From: an uncultured Roseivirgaceae bacterium
GTDB lineage: Bacteria > Bacteroidota > Bacteroidia > Cytophagales > Cyclobacteriaceae
Assembly: GCA_964534735.1 (NCBI GenBank)
Contig: CAZHQP010000001.1
Location: forward strand, 12,580 to 54,844
Reading direction: 5' to 3'
Length of the DNA stretch: 42,265 nt
Made by a program: the position numbers and the translations under genes. Below are positions 26,571 to 35,086 of the stretch, one piece after another (the stretch's first letter is position 1; every line of letters begins with the position of its first letter). Below the pieces are notes generated by a model, which was given only the letters and a program-made list of their open reading frames with translations, was not told the origin of the DNA and ran no database searches.

Positions 26571-26999
26571 ATGAATAAACTAGCCTGTTGTACATTTGTT
26601 GTTGTGGCTCTGCTGGCTGCTGCCTGCGGACATAAAAAAGAAGAAACGATTGCGAACGATAATGAATGGCCTGAGATGGATGAATTTCATATGATCATGG
26701 CTGAGAGCTTCCATCCGCTTGACTCCGCAAACCTGGAGCCGGCAAAAGCGAATGCTGCTGCCATGGCGAAGGCAGCTGAAAAATGGTCGAATGCTCCGCT
26801 ACCTGAAAAGGTTAATAATGACGACACAAAGGAGAACCTGGCAAAACTTAAAACCGAAGCGAACGAGTTTGTTCAAATTGCGCAAAGCGGAGACAGCTTG
26901 AAAATCACAGAGTCACTTACAGCACTACATAAACGTTTTCACACGCTCCAGGAAGCATGGTATGGAGGCCATAAAGAAGGCGATGAACATAAACATTAG
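26571..26999 (+). CDS. Helical lipoprotein with His-rich C-terminus
   Basis: 142 aa. Lipobox LLAAAC. EFHMIMAESFHP...LHKRFHTLQEAWYGGHKEGDEHKH. Confidence 0.7.
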   Translation: MNKLACCTFVVVALLAAACGHKKEETIANDNEWPEMDEFHMIMAESFHPLDSANLEPAKANAAAMAKAAEKWSNAPLPEKVNNDDTKENLAKLKTEANEFVQIAQSGDSLKITESLTALHKRFHTLQEAWYGGHKEGDEHKH

Positions 27000-27025
27000 T
27001 CTCATTTAACAGATAAACAGATTTG

Positions 27026-27053
27026 GTCCCGCACATGCGGGACTATTTTTTTT
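27026..27053 (+). terminator. Rho-independent terminator
   Basis: gtcccgc-acat-gcgggac followed by tatttttttt. It ends 5 nt before the next ATG. Confidence 0.85.
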
Positions 27054-27058
27054 AATAA

Positions 27059-27781
27059 ATGCCGTTTACATTTTCACATCCTGCTATTGTTCTCCCGTTT
27101 CTAAAGTCAAGAAGCCGGTACGTCTGTATGTCAGCCTTGGTAATCGGAAGCATGATCCCTGATTTTGAATATTTTATCAAGATGAAGCTTAGCGGGAGGT
27201 TCAGTCATACAGTTCCAGGAATTTTTTTCTTTGACCTGCCGGTCGGGGTGCTTGTGATGATACTATTTCATGGCTTTATAAAGAAGCCCCTGATCAGCAA
27301 CTTGCCGGTCTACTTTAGCACGAGACTTCAACCGCTGCTCTATTTTGATTTTTTTAAATACTTCAGGAAACACTGGTTTGCGTCCGTTATGTGTTTGTTG
27401 GCCGGTATAGTTTCTCATATTTTTTGGGACGGGTTTACGCATAATAAGGGTTCTTTTACCACATATCTGCCGATTCTTTTAAAACCGTTTGAGATTACTG
27501 GTTTGCCCGACTTGCCTGTTTACCGGTTGCTGCAGCATGCCAGTACCTTTGTAGGTGCACTTACGATTATCTTTATATTTGGCAGACAGCAGCAGTACCC
27601 GATACCTGCTCATAAAATTGATTTAAGATTTTGGACAATTTTGACGTTCTTTTTCACGATAACGTTCCTGATCCGTGCTTCGCTGGGACTGGGTTATTAT
27701 GGAGATACAGTTGCTGTTATCATTGGCTCCGGTTTTGTTGGTCTGATAGCGGCCAGCCTTTTGCCGCTTAGGAATATTTAG
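27059..27781 (+). CDS. DUF4184 family membrane protein
   Basis: 240 aa. Characteristic N-terminus MPFTFSHPAIVLPF, SHIFWDGFTH, multiple TMs. Confidence 0.75.
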   Translation: MPFTFSHPAIVLPFLKSRSRYVCMSALVIGSMIPDFEYFIKMKLSGRFSHTVPGIFFFDLPVGVLVMILFHGFIKKPLISNLPVYFSTRLQPLLYFDFFKYFRKHWFASVMCLLAGIVSHIFWDGFTHNKGSFTTYLPILLKPFEITGLPDLPVYRLLQHASTFVGALTIIFIFGRQQQYPIPAHKIDLRFWTILTFFFTITFLIRASLGLGYYGDTVAVIIGSGFVGLIAASLLPLRNI

Positions 27782-27825
27782 AAAGTCCGCTGAAACAATA
27801 TGTGGCATCTCCGTGTTATAAAAAC

Positions 27826-28515
27826 ATGGAAAAAAGTACTGCTACCCAAACTCCCAGGAGAAGGTCAAAGAAGACTCAAACATCGGCAGAAGTTGATATT
27901 CAAGCTGCTTACATTGATTATGTTCTGAAGCACGGAGCCCAGCCGTTAACGGTGTATAAGTTTTGTTTTGACTTAGGGGTGAGAGAAGACGAGTTTTACA
28001 GGAAATTTGCCTCCTTTGACGCACTGGAAAAACAAATTTGGAAGAATTTTATCGACCGAACGATTGCCAGCCTTAATGCCGACTCTGAATTTAAAGCGTT
28101 TAGTGCTCATGAAAAATTCTTGTCCTTTTATTATACCCATATTGAAATACTTAAGGACTATCGGAGCTTTATTTTATTTCATCTTAAAAAGCAACCGAAG
28201 CTGGATATTAATCCGGGTTTTATAAGATCCTACAAACAAGGTTTTGAGGAATTTGTAAAAAATACACTCGCGGAAGCTAAGGCCAGTGGTCAAATTGCAG
28301 AGCGTCCCTACGTGGATAAATTCTATCCGCATTTGTTCTGGGCACACTTAACTCTTCTTTTGATGTTCTGGAAAGATGACGACACAGCAGGATTTGAGAA
28401 AACAGATGCTTTTATTGAAAAATCCGTGAATTTTGCCTTTACGCTTGTGGGCAAGGGCGCACTCGATTCAGCATTTGATTTCGCTAAATTCCTGTATCAG
28501 AGCAGAACCAAATAA
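27826..28515 (+). CDS. TetR-family transcriptional regulator
   Basis: ATG at 27826 (MEKSTATQ...) preferred over GTG at 27802. IQAAYIDYVLKHGAQPLTVYKFCFDLGVREDEFYRKFASFDAL is an HTH region. Confidence 0.7.
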   Translation: MEKSTATQTPRRRSKKTQTSAEVDIQAAYIDYVLKHGAQPLTVYKFCFDLGVREDEFYRKFASFDALEKQIWKNFIDRTIASLNADSEFKAFSAHEKFLSFYYTHIEILKDYRSFILFHLKKQPKLDINPGFIRSYKQGFEEFVKNTLAEAKASGQIAERPYVDKFYPHLFWAHLTLLLMFWKDDDTAGFEKTDAFIEKSVNFAFTLVGKGALDSAFDFAKFLYQSRTK

Positions 28516-28548
28516 GCATAACTTTTTGTGCCAGCGGGCACTTGCATA

Positions 28549-29868
28549 ATGAAAGAGTTTAATAAAATCCCGACTACAAAAGTTGAGCGTGCAACGAAGT
28601 TTATAAAAACGGGTGCTAAAATCGGTAAAAACTACCTGAAACATTATGGCAGGAAAATTATTGATTCTGATACCACGCGCGAAGGGCTCCACAACGACAA
28701 TGCAAAAGATATCTATGAATCACTGAGTGAGCTTAAGGGAAGTGCACTGAAGGTTGCTCAGATGCTAAGCATGGATAAGAATATTTTACCGGCTGCATAT
28801 CAGCAAAAATTCTCTATGGCACAATACAGCGCGCCACCGTTGTCTTACCCGCTGGTAGTCAAAACATTTCAACAGCAGGTTGGAAGAAAACCAGATGAGA
28901 TTTTCGATACTTTTTCGAGGGAAGCAACTAACGCGGCATCCATGGGTCAGGTGCACGAGGCCGTTAAGAATGGCAAAAAGCTGGCCGTTAAAGTTCAATA
29001 TCCGGGAATCGGAGAAAGTGTTAAATCCGACCTGGCAATGATTAAACCCATCGCGTTAAGAATGTTTAAGATAAACCCGGTGGATTATAACGAGTTCATT
29101 CAGGAAGTGGAACAGCGGATGCTTGAAGAAACAAATTACGATTTGGAACTTGAACGTTCCATAGAACTCTCTAAGAAATGCAGTCACCTTTCTAATTTGA
29201 TTTTTCCTGCTTACTATCCTGAATTATCGGGTTCGAAAATCCTGGTCATGGACTGGATCAACGGAAATCCTTTAGGCGAAGTGCTTAAAACGTCTCTGCC
29301 CGAAGGTGTAGGAGATTTGATTGGTCAGGCGATGTGGGATTTTTATCACTTTCAGATTCACACATTAAAACGTGTGCATGCCGACCCTCATCCCGGAAAT
29401 TTTATCGTTACATCGGATTTTAAATTAGGCATAATTGACTTCGGATGTGTGAAAGTAATGTCAGAGACATTTTACAAACAATATTTTCAGTTGCTTGACC
29501 GGAGTTTGTTAAGCCAGCCTGATAAACTTGAGAAAGCTTTCTATGATTTGAGATTTATCTACCCGGACGACACTCTTCATGATAAGAATTTTTTTATCAA
29601 AACGTTCACCCGATTGGTGGAATTACTTAGCCGTCCATTTGATGGAGCCGGGTTCGATTTTTCAAACATCAACTATTTTCAGGAATTGTATTTATTCGGT
29701 GAGGAGTTGTCCTCAATGAAAGAATTGCGCGAATCAAAAAAAGCACGGGGAGTACGGGATGCCCTGTACATTAACCGAACGTACTTTGGTTTGTATAGCT
29801 TGTTGCATGCCCTGAAGGCAAAGATCAAAACCTGCCCAACGGACCTGGTCAGATCGAATAAAAAGTAA
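28549..29868 (+). CDS. ABC1/UbiB/AarF atypical kinase family protein
   Basis: ATG at 28549 (MKEFNKIP). GSALKVAQMLS, AASMGQVHEA..GKKLAVKVQYPG, HADPHPGNF, IIDFG motifs. Confidence 0.85.
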   Translation: MKEFNKIPTTKVERATKFIKTGAKIGKNYLKHYGRKIIDSDTTREGLHNDNAKDIYESLSELKGSALKVAQMLSMDKNILPAAYQQKFSMAQYSAPPLSYPLVVKTFQQQVGRKPDEIFDTFSREATNAASMGQVHEAVKNGKKLAVKVQYPGIGESVKSDLAMIKPIALRMFKINPVDYNEFIQEVEQRMLEETNYDLELERSIELSKKCSHLSNLIFPAYYPELSGSKILVMDWINGNPLGEVLKTSLPEGVGDLIGQAMWDFYHFQIHTLKRVHADPHPGNFIVTSDFKLGIIDFGCVKVMSETFYKQYFQLLDRSLLSQPDKLEKAFYDLRFIYPDDTLHDKNFFIKTFTRLVELLSRPFDGAGFDFSNINYFQELYLFGEELSSMKELRESKKARGVRDALYINRTYFGLYSLLHALKAKIKTCPTDLVRSNKK

Positions 29869-30709
29869 TAACGAATAAGATAAATTTGTAAGCTTCAAGC
29901 GCAAAGAAAAGGCCCAGGATGGCCAACGCGCTTTTAATAATTAGCCTTTTCCCGGCCTGATCGTAAAACGTCCGGGCTGCCCGATAGATAAAATACAGAT
30001 TGGTGATGATGAAAATCAGGGTAAGGGTAGTGTCATTCAAATAATCACCCAGTGTTGTTCCGCTCCACTTAAAGATCTTGCTCAGCACCAGAAAGATCAT
30101 ATGAAGTAATATGGCATTGATAAATATATTATAACATGCCAGTTCCACCGCGAGTGCCACATGATCCGTGTAATAACGGTTCTTTTTTCTAAAGATCAAA
30201 CTAAGCGGGAGTGAAGCAAGCCATACGAAAACAACAATCAGAAGCTTAGCCAATACGGTAGTTTTGCCATCATAAATTACTCCGAAACCAGTAAGACTTA
30301 GGTTGTCTTCGGCAATCCTTTTAATAACCATGGAGCGTACCATTGGGCTGTGAAAAAGGTAGTACATCTGGGTGGTGAGCGTTGAACTAAAGAGTTGAAG
30401 CACCGGAAATAAAAAATACACCAGGTTAAGTACAAAGAACATCTGCAACGGCCGGATGTAATTGACCCTTCGTCCATTGGCATACTCTTTCGAAAGAAAT
30501 CCCGGGTTCTTGATGGTAAGCCAAAGCGTTTTCAGAAACCGGTTATCAGCAAGGGTTATCGCTGTAAGGAAATTGCCAATGAAAGTCTTGAATGACCGGT
30601 CTTTGGGCTCAATCACTTTCTCACCGCAGATGTTGCAGTACCGGCCTGTAAATGCATTGCCACAGCTCTTGCAGGTATGTTCAGTATGATCCGGAGTATC
30701 ATTAACCAT
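29849..30709 (-). CDS. DUF3667 family membrane protein with N-terminal zinc ribbon
   Basis: 286 aa. CKSCGNAFTGRYCNICGEK followed by multiple TMs. The 3' end overlaps the convergent kinase gene by 20 nt. Confidence 0.75.
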   Translation of the reverse strand: MVNDTPDHTEHTCKSCGNAFTGRYCNICGEKVIEPKDRSFKTFIGNFLTAITLADNRFLKTLWLTIKNPGFLSKEYANGRRVNYIRPLQMFFVLNLVYFLFPVLQLFSSTLTTQMYYLFHSPMVRSMVIKRIAEDNLSLTGFGVIYDGKTTVLAKLLIVVFVWLASLPLSLIFRKKNRYYTDHVALAVELACYNIFINAILLHMIFLVLSKIFKWSGTTLGDYLNDTTLTLIFIITNLYFIYRAARTFYDQAGKRLIIKSALAILGLFFALEAYKFILFVITFYSI

Positions 30710-30727
30710 TCACAGTCAAAAATAGAA

Positions 30728-31240
30728 CTACTTTTCCAATTGACTGAGAATCTTTTTCGCGCGCGACAGGTAAGCGGCTGAACCGTAGGGGAGTTGGTCT
30801 TCGATAGTAAGCTTCAACTCGTGCTTAAGATCAGGCTGAGCTTTTGCAATAGCAGCCGCCACACTCATTGCAAAAACCCGAACAGCTATTGGTTCCCTGG
30901 CGTCCATCAACTCAAAACACTTTTCAACAACAGAGCCTTGATGCCGTTTCGGAATATCAACATCCTGCAGTACCCGCATAATATTCCGTTTTACAGCAGC
31001 GTGGATGCCTTCCTGATCAAGGATTTTAAGGATTGAGACAAAATGTGGCTTGATCAAAAAAGGGTGGTTCCGTACGCAGTTTGACAGGGGCCATGCAGCG
31101 CGCTGGGTAATTCGGTACGGACCAGCTAAGAATATGGTAATCAGATTATTAAACCTTATTTGATCCGGGCCAATATAGTTCACAATCTTATCTGTTAATG
31201 CTTTAGAGTGACCTTTAATGAGCTCTTTTTTGATATCCAT
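30728..31240 (-). CDS. HEAT/ARM-like helical repeat protein (AlkD-like fold suspected)
   Basis: 170 aa, all-helical pattern. An 18-nt gap to the DUF3667 gene implies an operon. Family assignment is weak. Confidence 0.55.
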   Translation of the reverse strand: MDIKKELIKGHSKALTDKIVNYIGPDQIRFNNLITIFLAGPYRITQRAAWPLSNCVRNHPFLIKPHFVSILKILDQEGIHAAVKRNIMRVLQDVDIPKRHQGSVVEKCFELMDAREPIAVRVFAMSVAAAIAKAQPDLKHELKLTIEDQLPYGSAAYLSRAKKILSQLEK

Positions 31241-31525
31241 ACTTCATTTATTACTAAAAAATATTTTCCATAACTTGTTGATATTAAGGTATTTTATATA
31301 ACTTTATTAAACTTTTAAGTTAATAAGTAAATCGGTGTGTTATGGAGCTATTTTTTGCCATCGTATCTACAGTGCTTTTTCAAATCGGGTTCTGCATTTT
31401 TTGCTTCCGGAAAAAGACAGCTGAAGTTCGTGTATACTAATAACCTGTCTTCTCCAGTTTCGGTATTCATTTAGCAAACTCGCTAAAAGAGCGAAGTTAT
31501 GCTTATAATCCATTTCAATTAATGG

Positions 31526-31533
31526 TAGATTTG
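31526..31533 (+). promoter_or_regulatory. -7 box TAGATTTG for the ABC-F gene
   Basis: Exact TAnnTTTG 23 nt upstream of the TTG start at 31557. Confidence 0.5.
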
Positions 31534-31556
31534 CGCCTTATTTTAATCAGGCAGTC

Positions 31557-33416
31557 TTGAATTACCTTTCAGCAGAATCAGTTTCGAAGTCATTTCATGA
31601 TAAATGGCTATTTAAAGACATATCCGTTGGCATTTCGCAGGGCGAAAAATTCGCGTTGGTGGGAAATAATGGAGTGGGAAAATCTACTTTACTTAAAATT
31701 CTTACCGGTGAACTCCCTTCCGATTCTGGAAAGGTAAGCGTTCGTGAAGGTATCAAAACCGGCTTCCTCACGCAGGAACCGCGCGTTGATGATAAGTTGA
31801 CCGTGAAAGATGTTCTTTTCAGTGATTCAAATGAGATCGCAAAAGTGGTGAAGGAGTACGAAGACTGTCTTCAGCATCCTGATGTTTCTGCCGAACGAAT
31901 GCAGGCCGTGCTGGAAAAGATGGAAGAGCTTAATGCCTGGGATTATGAAGCGAAAGTTCATGAGATCATTGGTAAACTCGGTGTTCCGGATCTGGATAAG
32001 ACTTTTGGTCAGCTATCCGGAGGACAACGCAAACGGATTTTCCTTGCCCAGCTCTTGTTAACAGAGCCCGATCTCATCATTATGGATGAGCCAACGAACC
32101 ACCTGGACCTGGCAGCTATTGAATGGCTCGAGAATTACCTGGCTGGTCAGCAAATCACACTCATCATGGTAACACATGACCGCTATTTTCTGGATAACGT
32201 TGCTACCGAAATTTTGGAGATTGACCGCGGTCAGATCTTCCGGTATAAAGGAAACTATGCGTACTTCCTCGAGAAGAAGAATGAGCGTGAGGAGATGCTG
32301 AAGGTTGAAGTATCAAAAGCGCGTCAGCTTCTCAAAAAAGAGCTTGAGTGGATGCGCAAGCAGCCACGCGCGCGCGGTACAAAAGCAAAGTATCGCGTTG
32401 ATGCATATTATGAGATTAAAGAGAAAGCTTCGCAGGATATTAAGAAGGATAAGCTTGAGCTCGATTTTAAAGAATCCCGACAGGGCGGAAAGATTCTGGA
32501 AGTAGACCACGTTTCGAAAAGCTATGGCTCGCAGAAGTTGGTAGATGATTTCTCGTATGTATTTAAGAAAAAAGACCGGATCGGTGTTGTTGGTAAGAAC
32601 GGTATCGGTAAATCAACCTTCCTGGATATTCTTACCGGCAAGCTTAAACCGGATTCTGGAGAAGTTATTCCGGGTGTAACAACCAGGTATGGATACTTCA
32701 CCCAGGAGACCATCACGCTCAATCCGGGCAACCGGGTAATTGAAGAAGTGAAAGGTATAGCTGAGTATATTGTGCTGGCCGATGGAAGTCAAATCTCTGC
32801 GTCCAAGTTTCTTGAAACGTTTTTGTTTTCACCGGATAAGCAGTACAACTACATCGATAAGCTTAGCGGAGGTGAGAAGAAGCGGTTACAATTGCTCAAG
32901 CTTTTAATAACGAATCCGAATTTCCTGATCCTGGATGAACCTACTAACGATTTTGATATTGATACATTAAATGTACTGGAAGATTTCCTGGAGAAGTTTG
33001 GCGGATGCTTGCTGTTAGTGTCGCACGACCGGTATTTTATGGATCACCTGGTTGATCAGCTTTTTGTGTTTGAAGGCGATGGCAAGATCAGGTTATTTAT
33101 CGGGAACTACTCAGATTACCGTAACTGGGCTGATGGACAAGAACAGGAAGACGAGCCGGAAGAGAAACCAGTAGCTCAGGTAAAAGAGCAAAAAAACACT
33201 ATTTCCAGTAAGGAAAAACAGGAGCATGCCAGGCTTCAAAAGGAAATTGAAAAACTGGAGCTTAAAAAAAGCGAGCTTAACGACATTTTGAATACGCCCA
33301 CTTCCGATTCTGCGTTATTGATCGAAACCGCTAAAGATTTAGAAAAGCTAACTGCTGAAATTGACGCTAAAACAAATCGTTGGTTTGAGCTTTCAGCGCT
33401 GATGGAATCAGCATAA
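31557..33416 (+). CDS. ABC-F family ATPase (Uup-like, C-terminal coiled coil), TTG start
   Basis: 619 aa. Two Walker A motifs (GNNGVGKST, GKNGIGKST) and two signatures (LSGGQRKR, LSGGEKKR). No TM. Charged coiled-coil tail. Confidence 0.92.
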   Translation: MNYLSAESVSKSFHDKWLFKDISVGISQGEKFALVGNNGVGKSTLLKILTGELPSDSGKVSVREGIKTGFLTQEPRVDDKLTVKDVLFSDSNEIAKVVKEYEDCLQHPDVSAERMQAVLEKMEELNAWDYEAKVHEIIGKLGVPDLDKTFGQLSGGQRKRIFLAQLLLTEPDLIIMDEPTNHLDLAAIEWLENYLAGQQITLIMVTHDRYFLDNVATEILEIDRGQIFRYKGNYAYFLEKKNEREEMLKVEVSKARQLLKKELEWMRKQPRARGTKAKYRVDAYYEIKEKASQDIKKDKLELDFKESRQGGKILEVDHVSKSYGSQKLVDDFSYVFKKKDRIGVVGKNGIGKSTFLDILTGKLKPDSGEVIPGVTTRYGYFTQETITLNPGNRVIEEVKGIAEYIVLADGSQISASKFLETFLFSPDKQYNYIDKLSGGEKKRLQLLKLLITNPNFLILDEPTNDFDIDTLNVLEDFLEKFGGCLLLVSHDRYFMDHLVDQLFVFEGDGKIRLFIGNYSDYRNWADGQEQEDEPEEKPVAQVKEQKNTISSKEKQEHARLQKEIEKLELKKSELNDILNTPTSDSALLIETAKDLEKLTAEIDAKTNRWFELSALMESA

Positions 33417-33426
33417 ACAACCGCTT

Positions 33427-34995
33427 ATGAAAATGTATCCTAAGGCAATTAGTACCTTCTTCATTGCACTTCTGTTTGTCACAAGTTGTGACAGTGATGA
33501 AACTACCTCACGCTTGCCACAGGTTCCGGAGGAGATTGATCTGAGTAATTCGTTTTACTATGAGATCAACCTGAAAGACAGGAGTGATGATACATTTAAG
33601 GTAACGATGTTTGTGGACGATCTTAACGAAGCCAATAAAGTGTTTCAATTTCCGGCAACCGTGCCGGGTGTGTACGATATCTTTGATATTGGCCGGTTCG
33701 TGGTAAGCTTCAAAGCTTTTGATGAAGATATGAATGAGTTGGGAGCAACAAACATCAGCACGAATCAATGGGAATTAACCAACGCTGCCGCTACGCGGAT
33801 AATAAAATTCGAAGTGAAGGAAACATTTGATACTCAGGTTACAGAACATCAACTCTACCTGATGGGTGGCACTTCGATGGAGAATGACCATGTTTTATTA
33901 AACACATTTGATGTGCTTGGCTATCCAACGGGTTTGAAAGAGAGGGACTTTTATCTCAAAGTCAGATATCCATCGGACTGGAAAATTTCAACTTCACTAC
34001 CGAAGACGGCTGCTGGTCTGTATTATGCAGATGATTATGACAAGTTTGTGGATTCGCCAATATTGACGGGTAAAATAACGGTAGCCAGCGTAGCGGTTGA
34101 TGATGCCAGAATCAATGTAAACACGTATTCAGAAGCCAACCAGATTTCATCGGGTCAGATATTAAATGATGTTGAGCAAGTAATGCTTGACGCCAGTGCT
34201 TTCCTGAATCATTTGCCGGTAGATCATTATAATTTTATTTTCTTTTTTCATAATGGGCTAAGCGCGGGTGCCCTGGAGCATTCCTACAGTTCCGTATATG
34301 TAATTCGTGATAATCCATACACAATCGGATATCAGAACTACGTAAAAAATGTTACCGCGCACGAGTTTTTTCATATCGTTACTCCGCTTAATATTCATAG
34401 CGAAATTATTGAAGACTTTAATTTTGCTGAACCCACTGCTTCACAGCACCTTTGGCTGTATGAAGGGGTAACCGAATGGGCATCTTTGATGATGCAATAC
34501 CGCAATGGTTCTAAAACTACAAGCGGCATACTGAGTGAATTCAGATCCAAAAAGCTCACGGCTGATGGGTATAATCAATCGATGAGCCTGACAACCATGA
34601 GCAAGACCTGTTATACCCCTTCAGGCGGATCACAGTTCGGGAACGTGTATAATAAAGGTGCGCTGGTAGCCGCCCTGCTTGATATCAGGTTGCTTGAATT
34701 ATCGGACGGAGAGAGAGGATTGCGTGAGCTTATTCTGGAACTTATTGAAACCTATGGACCGGAGAACGCTTTTTCAGAAGAGAACTTTTTTGAAGCACTG
34801 GTGGATATGACCTATCCGGAAATTGAAGATTTTATTAATCAGTACATTAAAGGCACGGCTGCTCTTCCAATGAAGGAATACTTCAATAAAATCGGAGTTG
34901 ATTTTATCCCCGAGAACAACAGCGTTTTAATTGAGATGCCCGACAAGACTGCCGATCAGCAGTTCCTGTTTAATAAATGGAGGGTTAATCTTTGA
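33427..34995 (+). CDS. M61-like gluzincin metallopeptidase lipoprotein
   Basis: 522 aa. Lipobox FVTSC. HEFFH followed about 35 aa later by LYEGVTEW. Confidence 0.7.
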   Translation: MKMYPKAISTFFIALLFVTSCDSDETTSRLPQVPEEIDLSNSFYYEINLKDRSDDTFKVTMFVDDLNEANKVFQFPATVPGVYDIFDIGRFVVSFKAFDEDMNELGATNISTNQWELTNAAATRIIKFEVKETFDTQVTEHQLYLMGGTSMENDHVLLNTFDVLGYPTGLKERDFYLKVRYPSDWKISTSLPKTAAGLYYADDYDKFVDSPILTGKITVASVAVDDARINVNTYSEANQISSGQILNDVEQVMLDASAFLNHLPVDHYNFIFFFHNGLSAGALEHSYSSVYVIRDNPYTIGYQNYVKNVTAHEFFHIVTPLNIHSEIIEDFNFAEPTASQHLWLYEGVTEWASLMMQYRNGSKTTSGILSEFRSKKLTADGYNQSMSLTTMSKTCYTPSGGSQFGNVYNKGALVAALLDIRLLELSDGERGLRELILELIETYGPENAFSEENFFEALVDMTYPEIEDFINQYIKGTAALPMKEYFNKIGVDFIPENNSVLIEMPDKTADQQFLFNKWRVNL

Positions 34996-35056
34996 CTTAT
35001 TGATAAAAATCAGGATTATTTTGGCTGCTGATTTAAGACAAAATCAGGGGAAATCT

Positions 35057-35064
35057 TACATTTG
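35057..35064 (+). promoter_or_regulatory. -7 box TACATTTG
   Basis: Exact TAnnTTTG 22 nt upstream of the ATG at 35087. Confidence 0.45.
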
Positions 35065-35086
35065 ATTACTGTCTTAATCTCCTCTC

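Noticed and set aside
31342-31556. Leader-peptide attenuation controlling the ABC-F gene (as in ARE-type ABC-F resistance genes)
   Set aside because: The exact promoter box of the ABC-F gene lies downstream of the sORF. There is no terminator/antiterminator pair. The protein looks Uup-like with a long coiled-coil tail.
33477-33483. Second TGTCACA in the window
   Set aside because: It lies inside the M61 peptidase coding region with no GTC element at the right spacing. Not a promoter candidate.
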